64,000 nt of DNA from the NCBI RefSeq assembly GCF_009914755.1, contig NC_060933.1. One strand, given 5' to 3'. The stretch comes from the human T2T-CHM13v2.0 reference genome, Homo sapiens. A program made the translations under genes and the position numbers. Each line of letters begins with the position of its first letter. The stretch's first letter is position 1. Positions 28,801-43,240 of the stretch are shown in pieces. Under the pieces are notes generated by a model. It searched no databases. It saw only the letters and a program-made list of their open reading frames with translations, and was not told the DNA's origin.

Positions 28801-31800
28801 CCATTGCACTCGGGTTGATTCCATTCCATTCCATTCCATTCCATTCCATTCCGGATGATTCCATTCCATTGCATTCCGTTCCATTACATTCCCCTGCACT
28901 CGCGTTTATTCCATTCCATTCCATTCCATTCCATTCCATTCAATTCCATTCCATTACAATTCGTTCCATTCCATTCTATTCCGTACCATTCCATTCCATT
29001 CCATACCATTCCATTCCATTCCATTCCATTCCATTCCATTCCATTCCATTCCGTTCCATTCCGTTCCATTCCATTCCATTCCATTCTATTCGGGTTAATT
29101 CCATTCCATTCCATTCCATTCCATTCCAATCTATTCCATTCCATTGCAATCGAGTTGAATCCATTGCATTTCATTCCATTCCATTCCATTCCATTCCATT
29201 CCATTCCATTGCAATCGAGTTGAATCCATTGCATTTCATTCCATTCCATTCCATTCCAATCCGGAAGATTCCATTCCATTGCATTCCATTCCATTCCATT
29301 CCCCTGCACTCCCGATGATTCCTTTCCATTCCATTCCATTCCATTCCATTCCATTCCGTTCCGTTCCGTTCCGTTCCATTTCATTCCATTCCATTCCATT
29401 CCATTCCGTTCCGTTCCATTCCATTCCATTCCATTCTATTCGGGTTAATTCCATTCCATTCCATTCGATTGCAATCGAGTTGATTCCATTCCATTCCATT
29501 CCATTCCATTCCATTCCATTCCATTCCAATCGAGTTGATTGCATTCCATTCCATTCCATTCCATTCCACTCCTTTCCAGTCCTTTCCATTCCATTCCACT
29601 CGGGTTGATTCCATTCTATTCCTTTCCATTCCATTCCATTGCATTGCAATCGAGTTGATTCAATAGCTTTGCATTCCATTCCATTCCATTCCATTCCGGA
29701 TGATTCCATTCCATTGCATTCCATTCCATTCCATTCCCCTGCACTCGGGTTGATTCCATTCCATTCCACTCCATTCCGTTCCATTCCATTCCATTCCATC
29801 GTATTCGGGTTAATTCCATTCCATGCCATTCCATTCCATTCCATTCCATTCCATTCCATTCCATTCTATTACAATCATGTTGATTCCATTCCATTCCATT
29901 CCATTCCATTCCATTCCATTCCATTCCATTCCACTCAGGTTGATTCCATTCTATTAGTTTCCATTCCATTCCATTCCCTTCCATTCCACTCTGGTTGATT
30001 CCATTCCTTTCCATTCCAATCGAATACATTCCCTCCTATTCCACTCGGATCGATTCCATTCCATTCCATTCCATTCCATTCCATTCCATTCCATTCCATT
30101 CCATTTCGTTCCATTCATTCTATTCCGTACCATTCCATTCCTTTCCATTCCATTCCATTCCATTCCACTCTTGTTGATTCCATTCCTTTCCATTCCATTC
30201 GGTTTGAAGGCATTCCATTCCATTCAATTCCATTCCATTCCATTCCATTCCATTCCATTCCATTCCATTGTACTCGGGTTGATTCCATTCCATTCCATTC
30301 CATTCCATTCCATTCCATTCCGTTGCATTCCATTCCATTACATTCGGACTGATTCTATTCAACTCCCTTACTCTCCATTACATTCCATTCCATTCGGGTT
30401 GTTCCATTCCATTCCATTCCATTCCACTCCATTCCATTGCACTCGGGTTGATTCCATTCCATTCCATTCCATACCGTTGCATTCCATTCCATTCCATTCC
30501 ATTCCGTTCCATTCCGTTCCATTCCATTCCATTCCATTCTATTCGGGTTAATTCCATTCCATTCTATTCCATTCCATTCTATTCCATTCTATTGCAATCG
30601 AGTTGAATCCATTGCATTTCATGCCATTCCATTCCATTCCATTCCATTCCGGAAGATTCCATTCCATTGCATTCCATACCATTCCATTTCCCTGCACTCG
30701 CGTTGATTCCATTCCATTCCATTCCATTCCAATCCGTTCCGTTCCGTTCCATTCCATTCTATTCCATTCCATTGCATTCCATTCCGTTCCGTTCCATTCC
30801 ATTCCATTCCATTCTATTTGGGTTAATTCCATTCCATTCCATTCGATTGCAATCGAGTTGATTCCATTCCATTCCATTCCATTCCATTCCATTCCTTTCC
30901 ATTACATTACGGATGATTCCATTCCATTGCATTCCATTCCATTCCATTCCCCTGTACTCGGGTTGATTCCATTCCATTCCATTCCAATCCATGCCATTCC
31001 ACTCGTATTGATTCCTTTCTTTCCATTCCATTCAAGTTGAATCCATTCCATTGCATTCCATTACATTCGATTCCATTCGATTGCACTCGGGTTGATTCCA
31101 TTCCATTGTATTCCATTCCATTCCATTCCATTCCATTCCATTCCATTCCATTCCGTTCCATTCCATTCCATTACATTCGGATTGATTCTATTCAATTCCC
31201 TTACACTCCATTACATTCCATTCCATTCGGGTAGTTTCCATTCCATTCCATTCCATTCCTCTCCATTCCATTGCACTCGGGTTGATTCCATTACATTGCA
31301 TTCCATTCGATACCATTCAATTCCATTCCGTTCCATTCCATTCCATTACATTCGGATTGATTCTATTCAACTCCCTTACTCTCCATTACATTCGATTCCA
31401 TTCGGGTTGTTCCATTCCATTCCATTCCATTCCTCTCCATTCCATTGCACTCGGGTTGATTCCATTCCATTCCATTCCATTCCGGAAGATTCCATTCCAT
31501 TGCATTCCATTAAATTCCATTCCCCTGTACTCGCGTTGATTCCATTCCATTCCATTCCATTCCTTTGCATTCCATTGCATTCCATTGCATTCCATTCCCC
31601 TGCACTCAGGTTGATTCCATTCCATTCCATTCCATTCCATTCCATTCTATTCGCGTTAATGCCATTCCACTCCATTCCATTACATTCCATTGCAATCGAC
31701 TTGATTCCATTCCATTCCATTCCATTCCATTCCATTCCATTCCATTCCATTCCCTTCCATTCCACTCTGGTTGATTCCATTGCTTTCCATTCTACTCGAT

Positions 31801-34800
31801 TGCATTCCCTTCTATTCCACTCGGATTGATTCCATTCCATTCCGTTCCATTCCATTCCATTTCGTTCCATTCCATTCTATTCCATTCCATTCCATTCCAT
31901 TCCTTTCCATTCCATTCCGTTCCATTCCATTCCATTCCATTCCATTTGTTTCCATTCCATTCTATTCCATACCATTCCATTCCATTCCGTTCCATGCCAT
32001 TCCACTCGGGTTGATTCCATTGCTTTCCATTCCATTTGGGTTGAATCCATTCCATTCCATTCCATTCCATTCCATTCCATTCCATTCCATTCCATTCCGT
32101 TCCATTCCATTCCATTATATTCGTATTGATTGTATTCAATTCCCTTACACTCCATTACATTCCATTCCATTCGGGTTGTTTCCATTCCATTCCATTCCAT
32201 TCCACTCCATTCCATTGCAGTCGGGTTGATTCCATCAAATTCCATTCCATTCCCTTCCATTCCATTTCGTTCCATTCCATTCTATTCCATACCATTCCAT
32301 TCCATTCCATTCCATTCCATTCCATTCCATTCCATGCCATTCCACTCGGGTTGATTCCTTTCCATTCCATTCCATTCGGGTTGAAACCATTCCATTCCAT
32401 TCAATTCCATTCCATTTCGGATGATTGCATTCCATTGCCTTCCATTCAATTGCATTCCCCTGCACCCGGGTTGATTCCATTCAATTCCATTCCATTCCAT
32501 TCCGTTCCATTCCATTCCATACCATTCCATTCCATTCCATTCCATTCTATTTGGGTTAATTCCATTCCATTCCATTCCATTCCATTCAGTTTCATTGCAA
32601 TCGGGTTGATTCCATTCCGTTCCATTCCATTGCAATCCATTCCATTCCATTCCATTCCATTCCATTCAACTCGGGTTGATTCCATTCCTTTCCATTCCAT
32701 TCGGGGTGAAGCCTTTCCATTCCATTCCATTCCTTTCGATTCCATTCCATTGCACTCGGGTTGATCCCATTCCTTTGCATTCCATTCCATTCCATTCCAT
32801 TCCATTCCATTCCGTTCCATTCAATTCCATTACATTCGGATTGATTCTATTCAATTCCCTTACAATCCATCACATTCCATTCCATTCGGGTTGTTTCCAC
32901 TCCTTTCCATTCCACTCAATTCCATTCCATTCCATTCCATTCCCGTATGATTAAATTCCATTGCATTCTATTCCATTCCATTCCCCTGCACTCGGGTGGA
33001 TTCCATTCTATTCCATTCCATTCCATTCCATTCCATTCCATTCCATTGAAATCGAGTTGATTCCATTCCATTCCATTCCATTCAATTCCATTCCATTCCA
33101 TTCTATTCGGGTTAATTCCATTCCATTCCATTCCATTCCATTCCATTCCATTCCGGATGATTCCATTGCATTGCATTCCATTCCATTCCTTTCCCCTGCA
33201 CTCGGGATGATTCCATTCGATTCTATTGCATTACATTCCGTTCCATTTCATTCTATTCGGGTTAATTCCATTCCATTGCCTTCCACTCCATTCCAGTCCT
33301 TTCCATTCCATTCCACTCGGGTTGATTCCATTCTATTCCTTTCCATTCCATTCCATTCCATTGCAATCGAGTTGATTCCATTCGAGTTGAATCCATTCCA
33401 TTCCATTCCATTCCATTGCACACGGGTTCATTCCATTCCATTCCATTCCATTCCATTCCATTCCATTTCATTCCATTCCATTCTATTCCGTACCATTCCA
33501 TTCCATCCCATTCCATTCCGTTCCATTCCATGCCATTACACTCGGGTTGATTCCATTCCTTTCCATTCCATTCTTGTTGAATCCATTCCATTCCATTCCA
33601 TTCCATTCGAATCCATTCCATTGCACTCGGGTTGATTCCATTCCATTCCATTCCATTCCATTTCATTCCATTCCATTCCATTACATTCGGATTGATTCTA
33701 TTCAATTCCCTTACACTCCATTACATTCCATTCCTTTCGGGATGTTTCCATTCCATTCCATTCCATTCCACTCCATTCCATTGCATAAGGTTGATGGCAT
33801 TCCATTCCATTCCATTCCATTCCATTCCGGATGATTCCATTCCATTGCATTCCATTCCATTCCATTCCCCTGCACTCGGGTTGATTCCATTCCATTCCAT
33901 TCCATTCCATTCCATTCCATTCCGTTCCATTCCATTCCATTCCATTCTATTCCGGTTAATTCCATTCCATTACATTCGATTCCATTCCATTCCTTTCCAT
34001 TCCATTGCAATCGAGTTGATTCCATTCCATTCCATTCCATTCCGTTCCGGATGATTCCATTCCATTCCATTCCATTCCATTCCATTCCATTCCATTCACC
34101 TGCAGTCGGGTTGATTCCATTCCATTCCATTCCATTCCATTCCATTCCATTCCATTCCATTCCATTTCGTTCCATTCCATTCCATTCCATTCTATTCGGG
34201 TGAATTCCATTCCATTCCATTCCATTCCATTCCATTCCATTCCATTCCATTCCAGTCCTTTCCAGTCCTTTCCATTCCATTACACTCGGGTGATTCCATT
34301 CTATTCCTTTCCATTCCATTCCATTCCATTGCAATCGAGTTGATTCCATTGCTTTGCATTCCATTCCATTCCATTCCATTCCGGATGATTCCATTCCGTT
34401 GCATTCCTTTCCATTACATTCCCCTGCACTCGTGTTTATTCCATTCCATTCCATTCCATTACATTCGATTCCATTCCATTCCCCTGCACTCGCGTTGATT
34501 CCATTCCATTCCATTCCATTCCATTCCATTCCATTCCTTTCCGTTCCATTCCATTCCATTCCATTCCATTCCATTCCGTTCCGTTCCATTCCATTCCATT
34601 CCATTCTATTCGCGTTAATTCCATTCCATTCCATTCGATTGCAATCGAGTTGATTCCATTCCATTCCATTCCATTCCATTCCATTCCATTCCTTTCCATT
34701 CCATTACGGATGATTCTATTCCATTGCATTCCATTCCATTCCATTCCCCTGTACTCGGGTTGATTCCATTGCATTCCATTCCATTCCATTCCCCTGCAGT

Positions 34801-37800
34801 TGGGTTGATTCCATTCCATTCCATTCCATTCCATTCCATTCCGTTCCGTTCCGTTCCGTTCCATTCCATTCCATTCCATTCTATTCGGGTTAATTCCATT
34901 CCATTCCATTCCATTCCATTCCTTTCCGTTCCATTCCATTCCATTCCATTCCATTCCGTTCCGTTCCATTCCATTCCATTCCATTCTATTCGCGTTAATT
35001 CCATTCCACTCCATTCGATTGCAATCGAGTTGATTCCATTCCATTCCATTCCATTCCATTCCATTCCATTCCATTCCATTACGGATGATTCTATTCCATT
35101 GCATTCCATTCCATTCCATTCCCCTGTACTCGGGTTGATTCCATTGCATTCCATTCCATTCCATTCCCCTGCAGTCGGGTTGATTCCATTCCATTCCATT
35201 CCATTCCATTCCATTCCATTCCATTCCGTTCCGTTCTGTTCCATTCCATTCCATTCCATTGTACTCGGGTTAATTCCATTCCATTCCATTCCATTCCTTT
35301 CCATTCCATTCCAATCGAGTTGATTCCATTCCATTCCATTCCATTCCATTCCATTCCATTCCATTCCAGTCCTTTCCATTCCATTCCACTCGGTTTGATT
35401 CCAATGTATTCCTTTCCATTCCATTCCATTCCATTGCAATCGAGTTGATTCCATTGCTTTGCATTCCATTCCATTCCATTCCATTCCGGATGACTCCATT
35501 CCATTGCATTCCATTCCATTGCATTCCCCTGCACTCGGGTTGATTCCATTCCATTCCACTCCATTCCTTTGCATTTCATTCCATTCCATTGTAGTCGGGT
35601 TAATTCCATTCCATTCCATTCCATTCCATTCCATTCCATTCCATTCCATTACAATCGAGTTGATTCCATTCCATTCCATTCCATTCCATTCCAGTCCTTT
35701 CCATTCCATTCCACTCGGGTTGATTCCATTCTATTCGTTTCCATTCCATTCCATTCCCTTCCATTCCACTCTGGTTGATTCCATTCCTTTCCATTCCACT
35801 CGAATACATTCCCTCTTTTCCACTCGGAACGATTCCATTCCATTCCATTCCATTCCACTCCATTCCATTCCATTCGATTTCGTTCCATTCCATTCTATTC
35901 CGTATCATTCCATTCCATTCCATTCCATTCCATTCCATTCCACTCGTGTTGATTCCATTCCTTTCCATTCCATTCGGTTTGAAGGCTTTCCATTCCATTC
36001 CATTCCATTCCATTCCATTCCATTGTACTCGGTTTGATTCCATTCCATTGCATTCCATTCCATTCCATTCCATTCCAATCCATTGCATTCCATTCCATTA
36101 CATTCGGATTGATTCTATTCAACTCCCTTACTCTCCATTACATTCCATTCCATTCGGGTTGTTCCATTCCATTCCATTCCATTCCACTCCATTCCATTGC
36201 ACTCGGGTTGATTCCATTCCATTCCATTCCATTCCATTCCATTCCGGATGATTCCATTCCACTGCATTCCGTTCCATTACATTCCCCTGCACTCGCGTTG
36301 ATTCCATTCCATTCCACTCCATTCCTTTCCATTCCATTCCGTTCCGTTCCATTCCATTCCATTCCATTCTATTTGGGATAATTCCATTCCATTCCATTCG
36401 ATTGCAATCGAGTTGATTCCATTCCATTCCATTCCATTCCATTCCATTCCATTCCATTCCTTTCCATTACATTACGGATGATTCCATTCCATTGCATTCC
36501 ATTCCATTCCATTCCCCTGTACTCGGGTTGATTCCATTCCATTCCATTCCAATCCATGCCATTCCACTCGTATTGATTCCATTGTTTCCATTCCATTCAA
36601 GTTGAATCCATTCCATTGCATTCCATTCCATTCGATTCCATTCGATTGCACTCGGGTTGATTCCATTCCATTGCATTCCATTCCATTCCATTCCATTCCA
36701 TTCCATTCCATTCCATTCCGTTCCATTCCATTCCATTACATTCGGATTGTTTCTATTCAATTCCCTTACACTCCATTACATTCCATTCCTTTCGGGTAGT
36801 TTCCATTCCATTCCATTCCATTCCTCTCCATTCCATTGCACTCGCGTTGATTCCATTCCATTGCATTCCATTCCATACCATTCAATTCCATTCCATTCCA
36901 TTCCATTCCATTACATTCGGATTGATTCTATTCAACTCCCTTACTCTCCATTACATTCGATTCCATTCGGGTTGTTCCATTCCATTCCATTCCACTCCAT
37001 TCCATTGCACTCAGGTTGATTCCATTCAATTCCATTCCATTCCATTCCATTCCATTCCATTCCGGAAGATTCCATTCCATTGCATTCCATTCCATTCCAT
37101 TCCCCTGCACTCACGTTGATTCCATTCCATTCCATTCCATTCCATTCCATTCCATTCAATTCCTTTCCGTTCCACTCCATTCCATTCCATTCCATTCCAT
37201 TCCATTCCGTTCCGTTCTGTTCCATTCCATTCCATTCCATTCTATTCGGGTTAATTCCATTCCATTCCATTCGATTGCAATCGAGTTGATTCCATGCCAT
37301 TCCATTCCATTCCATTCCATTCGATTCCATGCCTTTCCATTCCATTACGGATGATTCCATTCCATTGCATTCCATTCCATTCCTTTCCCCTGTACTCGGG
37401 TTGATTCCATTCCATTCCATTCCAATCCATGCCATTCCACTCGTGTTGATTCCATTCTTTCCATTCCATTCAAGTTGAATCCATTCCATTGCTTTCCATT
37501 CCATTCCATTCCCCTGTAGTCGGGTTGATTCCATTCCATTCCTTTCCATTCCATTCCATTCCATTCCATTCCGTTCCGTTCCGTTCCGTTCCGTTCCATT
37601 CCATTCCATTCTATTCGGGTTAATTCCATTCCATTCCATTCCATTCCATTCCATTCCATTCCATTCCAATCGAGTTGATTCCATTCCATTCCATTCCATT
37701 CCATTCCACTCCATTCCAGTCCTTTCCATTCCATTCCACTCGGGTTGATTCCAATGTATTCCTTTCCATTCCATTCCATTCCATTGCAATCGAGTTGATT

Positions 37801-38034
37801 CCATTGCTTTGCATTCCATTCCATTCCATTCCATTCCGGATGACTCCATTCCATTGCATTCCATTCCATTGCATTCCCCTGCACTCGGGTTGATTCCATT
37901 CCGTTCCACTCCATTCCGTTGCATTCCATTCCATTCCATTGTATTCGGGTTAATTCCATTCCATTCCATTCCATTCCATTCCATTCCAATCGAGTTGATT
38001 CCATTCCATTCCATTCCATTCCATTCCATTCCAT

Positions 38035-38375
38035 TCCAGTCCTTTCCATTGCATTCCACTCGGGTTGATTCCATTCTATTAGTTTCCATTCCATTCCATT
38101 CCCTTCCATTCCACTCTGGTTGATTCCATTCCTTTCCATTCCACTCGAATACATTCCCTCCTATTCCACTCGGAACGATTCCATTCCATTTCATTCCATT
38201 CCATTCCAGTCCTTTCCATTGCATTCCACTCGGGTTGATTCCATTCTATTAGTTTCCATTCCATTCCATTCCCTTCCATTCCACTCTGGTTGATTCCATT
38301 CCTTTCCATTCCACTCGAATACATTCCCTCCTATTCCACTCGGAACGATTCCATTCCATTTCATTCCATTCCATT
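38035..38375 (+). repeat. Local 170-bp tandem duplication
   Basis: CCTTTCCATTGCATTCCACTCGGG...CGGAACGATTCCATTCCATTTCATT starts at 38041 and again at 38211. Confidence 0.9.
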
Positions 38376-41300
38376 CCATTCCATTCCATTCCATTCCATT
38401 TCGTTCCATTCCATTCTATTCCGTATCATTCCATTCCATTCCATTCCATTCCATTCCATTCCATTCCATTCCACTCGTGTTGATTCCATTCCTTTCCATT
38501 CCATTCGGTTTGAAGGCTTTCCATTCCATTCCATTCCATTCCATTCCATTCCATTCCATTCCATTGTACTCGGGTTGATTCCATTCCATTGCATTCCATT
38601 CCATTCCATTCCATTCCAATCCGTTGCATTCCATTCCATTACATTCGGATTGATTCTATTCAACTCCCTTACTCTCCATTACATTCCATTCCATTCGGGT
38701 TGTTCCATTCCATTCCATTCCATTCCACTCCATTCCATTGCACTCGGGTTGATTCCATTCCATTCCATTCCATTCCATTCCATTCCATTCCATTCCGGAT
38801 GATTCCATTCCATTGCATTCCGTTCCATTACATTCCCCTGCACTCGCGTTGATTCCATTCCATTCCATTCCATTCCATTCCATTCAATTCCATTCCATTA
38901 CAATTCGTTCCATTCCATTCTATTCCGTACCATTCCATTCCATTCCATAACATTCCATTCCATTCCATTCCATTCCATTCCATTCCTTTCCATTCCGTTC
39001 CATTCCATTCCATTCCATTCTATTCGGGTTTATTCCATTCCATTCCATTCCATTCCATTCCATTCCATTCCAATCTATTCCATTCCATTGCAATCGAGTT
39101 GAATCCATTGCATTTCATTCCATTCCATTCCATTCCATTCCATTCCATTGCAATCGAGTTGAATCCATTGCATTTCATTCCATTCCATTCCATTCCATTC
39201 CATTCCGGAAGATTCCATTCCATTGCATTCCATTCCATTCCATTCCCCTGCACTCGCGATGATTCCTTTCCATTCCATTCCATTTCATTCCATTCCATTC
39301 CGTTCCGTTCCGTTCCATTTCATTTCATTCCATTCCATTCCATTCCGTTCCGTTCCATTCCATTCCATTCCATTCTATTCGGGTTAATTCCATTCCATTC
39401 CATTCGATTGCAATCGAGTTGATTCCATTCCATTCCATTCCATTCCATTCCATTGCATTCCATTCCAATCGAGTTGATTGCATTCCATTCCATTCCATTC
39501 CATTCCACTCCATTCCAGTCCTTTCCATTCCATTCCACTCGGGTTGATTCCATTCTATTCCTTTCCATTCCATTCCATTCCATTGCAATCGAGTTGATTC
39601 AATTGCTTTGCATTCCATTCCATTCCATTCCATTCCGGATGATTCCATTCCATTGCATTCCATTCCATTCCATTCCCCTGCACTCGGGTTGATTCCATTC
39701 CATTCCACTCCATTCCGTTCCATTCCATTCCATTCCATTGTATTCGGGTTAATTCCATTCCATGCCATTCCATTCCATTCCATTCCATTCCATTCCATTC
39801 TATTACAATCGAGTTGATTCCATTCCGTTCCATTCCATTGCATTCCATTCCATTCCATTCCAGTCCTTTCCATTCCATTCCACTCGGGTTGATTCCATTC
39901 TATTAGTTTCCATTCCATTCCATTCCCTTCCATTCCACTCTGGTTGATTCCATTCCTTTCCATTACAATCGAATAAATTCCCTCCTATTCCACTCGGATC
40001 GATTCCATTCCATTCCATTCCATTCCATTCCATTCCATTCCATTCCATTCCATTTCGTTCCATTCCATTCTATTCCGTACCATTCCATTCCATTCCATTC
40101 CTTTCCATTCCATTCCATTCCATTCCACTCTTGTTGATTCCATTCCTTTCCATTCCATTCGGTTTGAAGGCATTCCATTCCATTCAATTCCATTCCATTC
40201 CATTCCATTCCATTCCATTCCATTCCATTCCATTCCATTGTACTCGGGTTGATTCCATTCCATTCCATTCCATTCCATTCCATTCCATACCATTCCGTTG
40301 CATTCCATTCCATTACATTCGGACTGATTCTATTCAACTCCCTTACTCTCCATTACATTCCATTCCATTCGGGTTGTTCCATTCCATTCCATTCCATTCC
40401 ACTCCATTCCATTGCACTCGGGTTGATTCCATTCCATTCCATTCCATACCATTCCATTCCATTCCATTCCATTCCATTCCGTTCCATTCCGTTCCATTCC
40501 ATTCCATTCCATTCTATTCGGGTTAATTCCATTCCATTCCATTCCATTCCATTCTATTCCATTCCATTGCAATCGAGTTGAATCCATTGCATTTCATTCC
40601 ATTCCATTCCATTCCATTCCATTCCGGAAGATTCCATTCCATTGCATTCCATACCATTCCATTGCCCTGCACTCGCGTTGATTCCATTCCATTCCATTCC
40701 ATTCCATTCCATTCCATTCCATTCCATTCCTTTCCGTTCCATTCCATTCCATTCCATTCCATTCCAATCCATTCCATTCCGTTCCGTTCCATTCCATTCC
40801 ATTCCATTCCATTCTATTCGGGTTAATTCCATTCCATTCCGTTCGATTGCAATCGAGTTGATTCCATTCCATTCCATTCCATTCCATTCCATTCCTTTCC
40901 ATTCCATTACGGATAATTCCATTCCATTGCATTCCATTCCATTCCATTCCTCTGTACTCGGGTTGATTCCATTCCATTCCATTCCAATCCATGCCATTCC
41001 ACTCGTGTTGATTCCATTCTTTCCATTTCATTCAAGTTGAATCCATTCCTTTGCATTCCATTCCATTCCATTCCCCTGCAGTCGTGTTGTTTCCATTCCA
41101 TTCCATTCCATTCCCCTGCTGTCGGGTTGTTTCCATTCCATTCCATTCCATTCCATTCCATTCCATTCCATTCCATTCCGTTCCGTTCCGTTCCATTCCA
41201 TTCCATGCCATTCTATTCGGTTTAATTCCATTCCATTGCATTCCATTCCATTCCATTCCATTCCAATCGAGTTGATTCCATTCCATTCCATTCCATTCCA

Positions 41301-43059
41301 CTCCATTCCAGTCCTTTCCATTCCATTCCACTCGGGTTGATTCCAATGTATTCCTTTCCATTCCATTCCATTCCATTGCAATCGAGTTGATTCCATTGCT
41401 TTGCATTCCATTCCATTCCATTCCATTCCGGATGTTTCCATTCCATTGCATTCCATTCCATTCCATTCCCCTGCACTCGGGTTGATTCCATTCCATTCCA
41501 CTCCATTCCGTTCCATTCCATTCCATTGCATTGTATTCGGGTTAATTCCATTCCATTCAATTCCATTCCATTCCAGTCCATTCCATTACAATCGAGTTGA
41601 TTCCATTCCATTCCATTCCATTCCAGTCCTTTCCATTCCATTCCACTCGGGTTGATTCCATTCTATTAGTTTCCATTCCATTCCAATCCCTTCCATTCCA
41701 CTCTGGTTGATTCCATTCCTTTCCATTCCACTCGAATACATTCCCTCCTATTCCACTCGGAACGATTCCATTCCATTCCATTCCATTCCATTCCATTCCA
41801 TTCCATTCCATTTCTTTCCATTGCATTCTATTCCGTGTCCTTCCATTCCATTCCATTCCATTCCATTCCCCTGCAGTCGGGTTGTTTCCATTCCATTCCA
41901 TTCCATTCCATTCCATTCCATTCCATTCCGATCCGTTCCATTCCATTCCATTCCATTCTATTCGGGTTAATTCCATTCCATTCCATTCCATTCCATTCCA
42001 TTCCATTCCATTCCAATCGAGTTGATTCCATTCCATTCCATTCCATTCCATTCCACTACATTCCAGTCCTTTCCATTCCATTCCACTCGGGTTGATTCCA
42101 ATGTATTCCTTTCCATTCCATTCCATTCCATTGCAATCGAGTTGATTCCATTGCTTTGCATTCCATTCCATTCCTTTCCATTCCGGATGATTCCATTCCA
42201 TTGCATTCCATTCCATTCCATTCCTCTCCATTCCATTGCACTCGGGTTGATTCCATTCCATTCCGTTCCATTCCATTCCATTCCATTACATTACATTACA
42301 TTCCATTCCGTTCCTTTCTACTCGGGTTGATTCCATTCCATTGCATTCCATTCCATTCCATTACATTACATTCCATTCCCTTCCATTCCATTCCGTTCCA
42401 TTCCATTACATTCGGATTGATTCAATTCAACTCCCTTACTCTCCATTACATTCCATTCCATTCAGGTTGTTCCATTCCATTCCATTACATTCCACTCCAT
42501 TCCATTGCGCTCCGGTTGATTCCATTCCATTCCATTCCATTCCATTCCATTCCATTCCATTCCGGATGATTCCATTCCATTGCATTCCGTCCCATTACAT
42601 TCCCTTGCACTCGGGTTGATTCCATTCCATTCCATTCCATTCCATTCGATTCCATTCCATTCCAATTCTTTCCATTCCATTCTATTCCGTACCATTCCAT
42701 TCCATTCCATACAATTCCATTCCATTCCATTCCACTCCGTTCCGTTCCTTTCCGTTCTGTTCCGTTCCATTCCATTCCATTCCATTCTATTCGGTTTAAT
42801 TCCATTCCATTCCATTCCATTCCATTCCATTCTATTCCATTCCATTGCAATCGAGTTGAATCCATTGCATTCCATTCCATTCCATTCCATTCCATTCCAT
42901 TCCATTCCGGAAGATTCCATTCCATTGCATTCCATTCCATTCCATTCCATTCCATTCCATTCCATTCCATTCCATTCCATTGTACTCGGGTTGATTCCAT
43001 TCCATTGCATTCCATTCCATTCCATTCCATTCCGGAAGATTCCATTCCATTGCATTCCA

Positions 43060-43240
43060 TTCCATTCCATTCCCCTTCACTCGCGTTGATTCCATTCCAT
43101 TCCATTCTATTCCATTCCATTCCCTTCCTTTCCGTTCCATTCCATTCCATTCCATTCCATTCCCCTGCACTCGCGTTGATTCCATTCCATTCCATTCTAT
43201 TCCATTCCATTCCCTTCCTTTCCGTTCCATTCCATTCCAT
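43060..43240 (+). repeat. Local 90-bp tandem duplication
   Basis: TCGCGTTGATTCC...TCCCTTCCTTTCCGTTCC at 43081 and 43171. Confidence 0.88.

Larger units (their letters stand above)
23700..41040 (+). repeat. Large duplication: about 23.7-31.0 kb repeated at about 33.1-41.0 kb (offset 9.4-10 kb)
   Basis: Collinear markers ACTCGGGTGATTCC (~24826/34285), TGAAGGCTTT (~26202/35980), CGGATCGATT (~30046/39995) and CGGACTGATT (~30345/40320). ORF pairs 24203/33632, 26256/36034, 27069/36847, 28356/38290 and 30171/40131. Confidence 0.85.
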
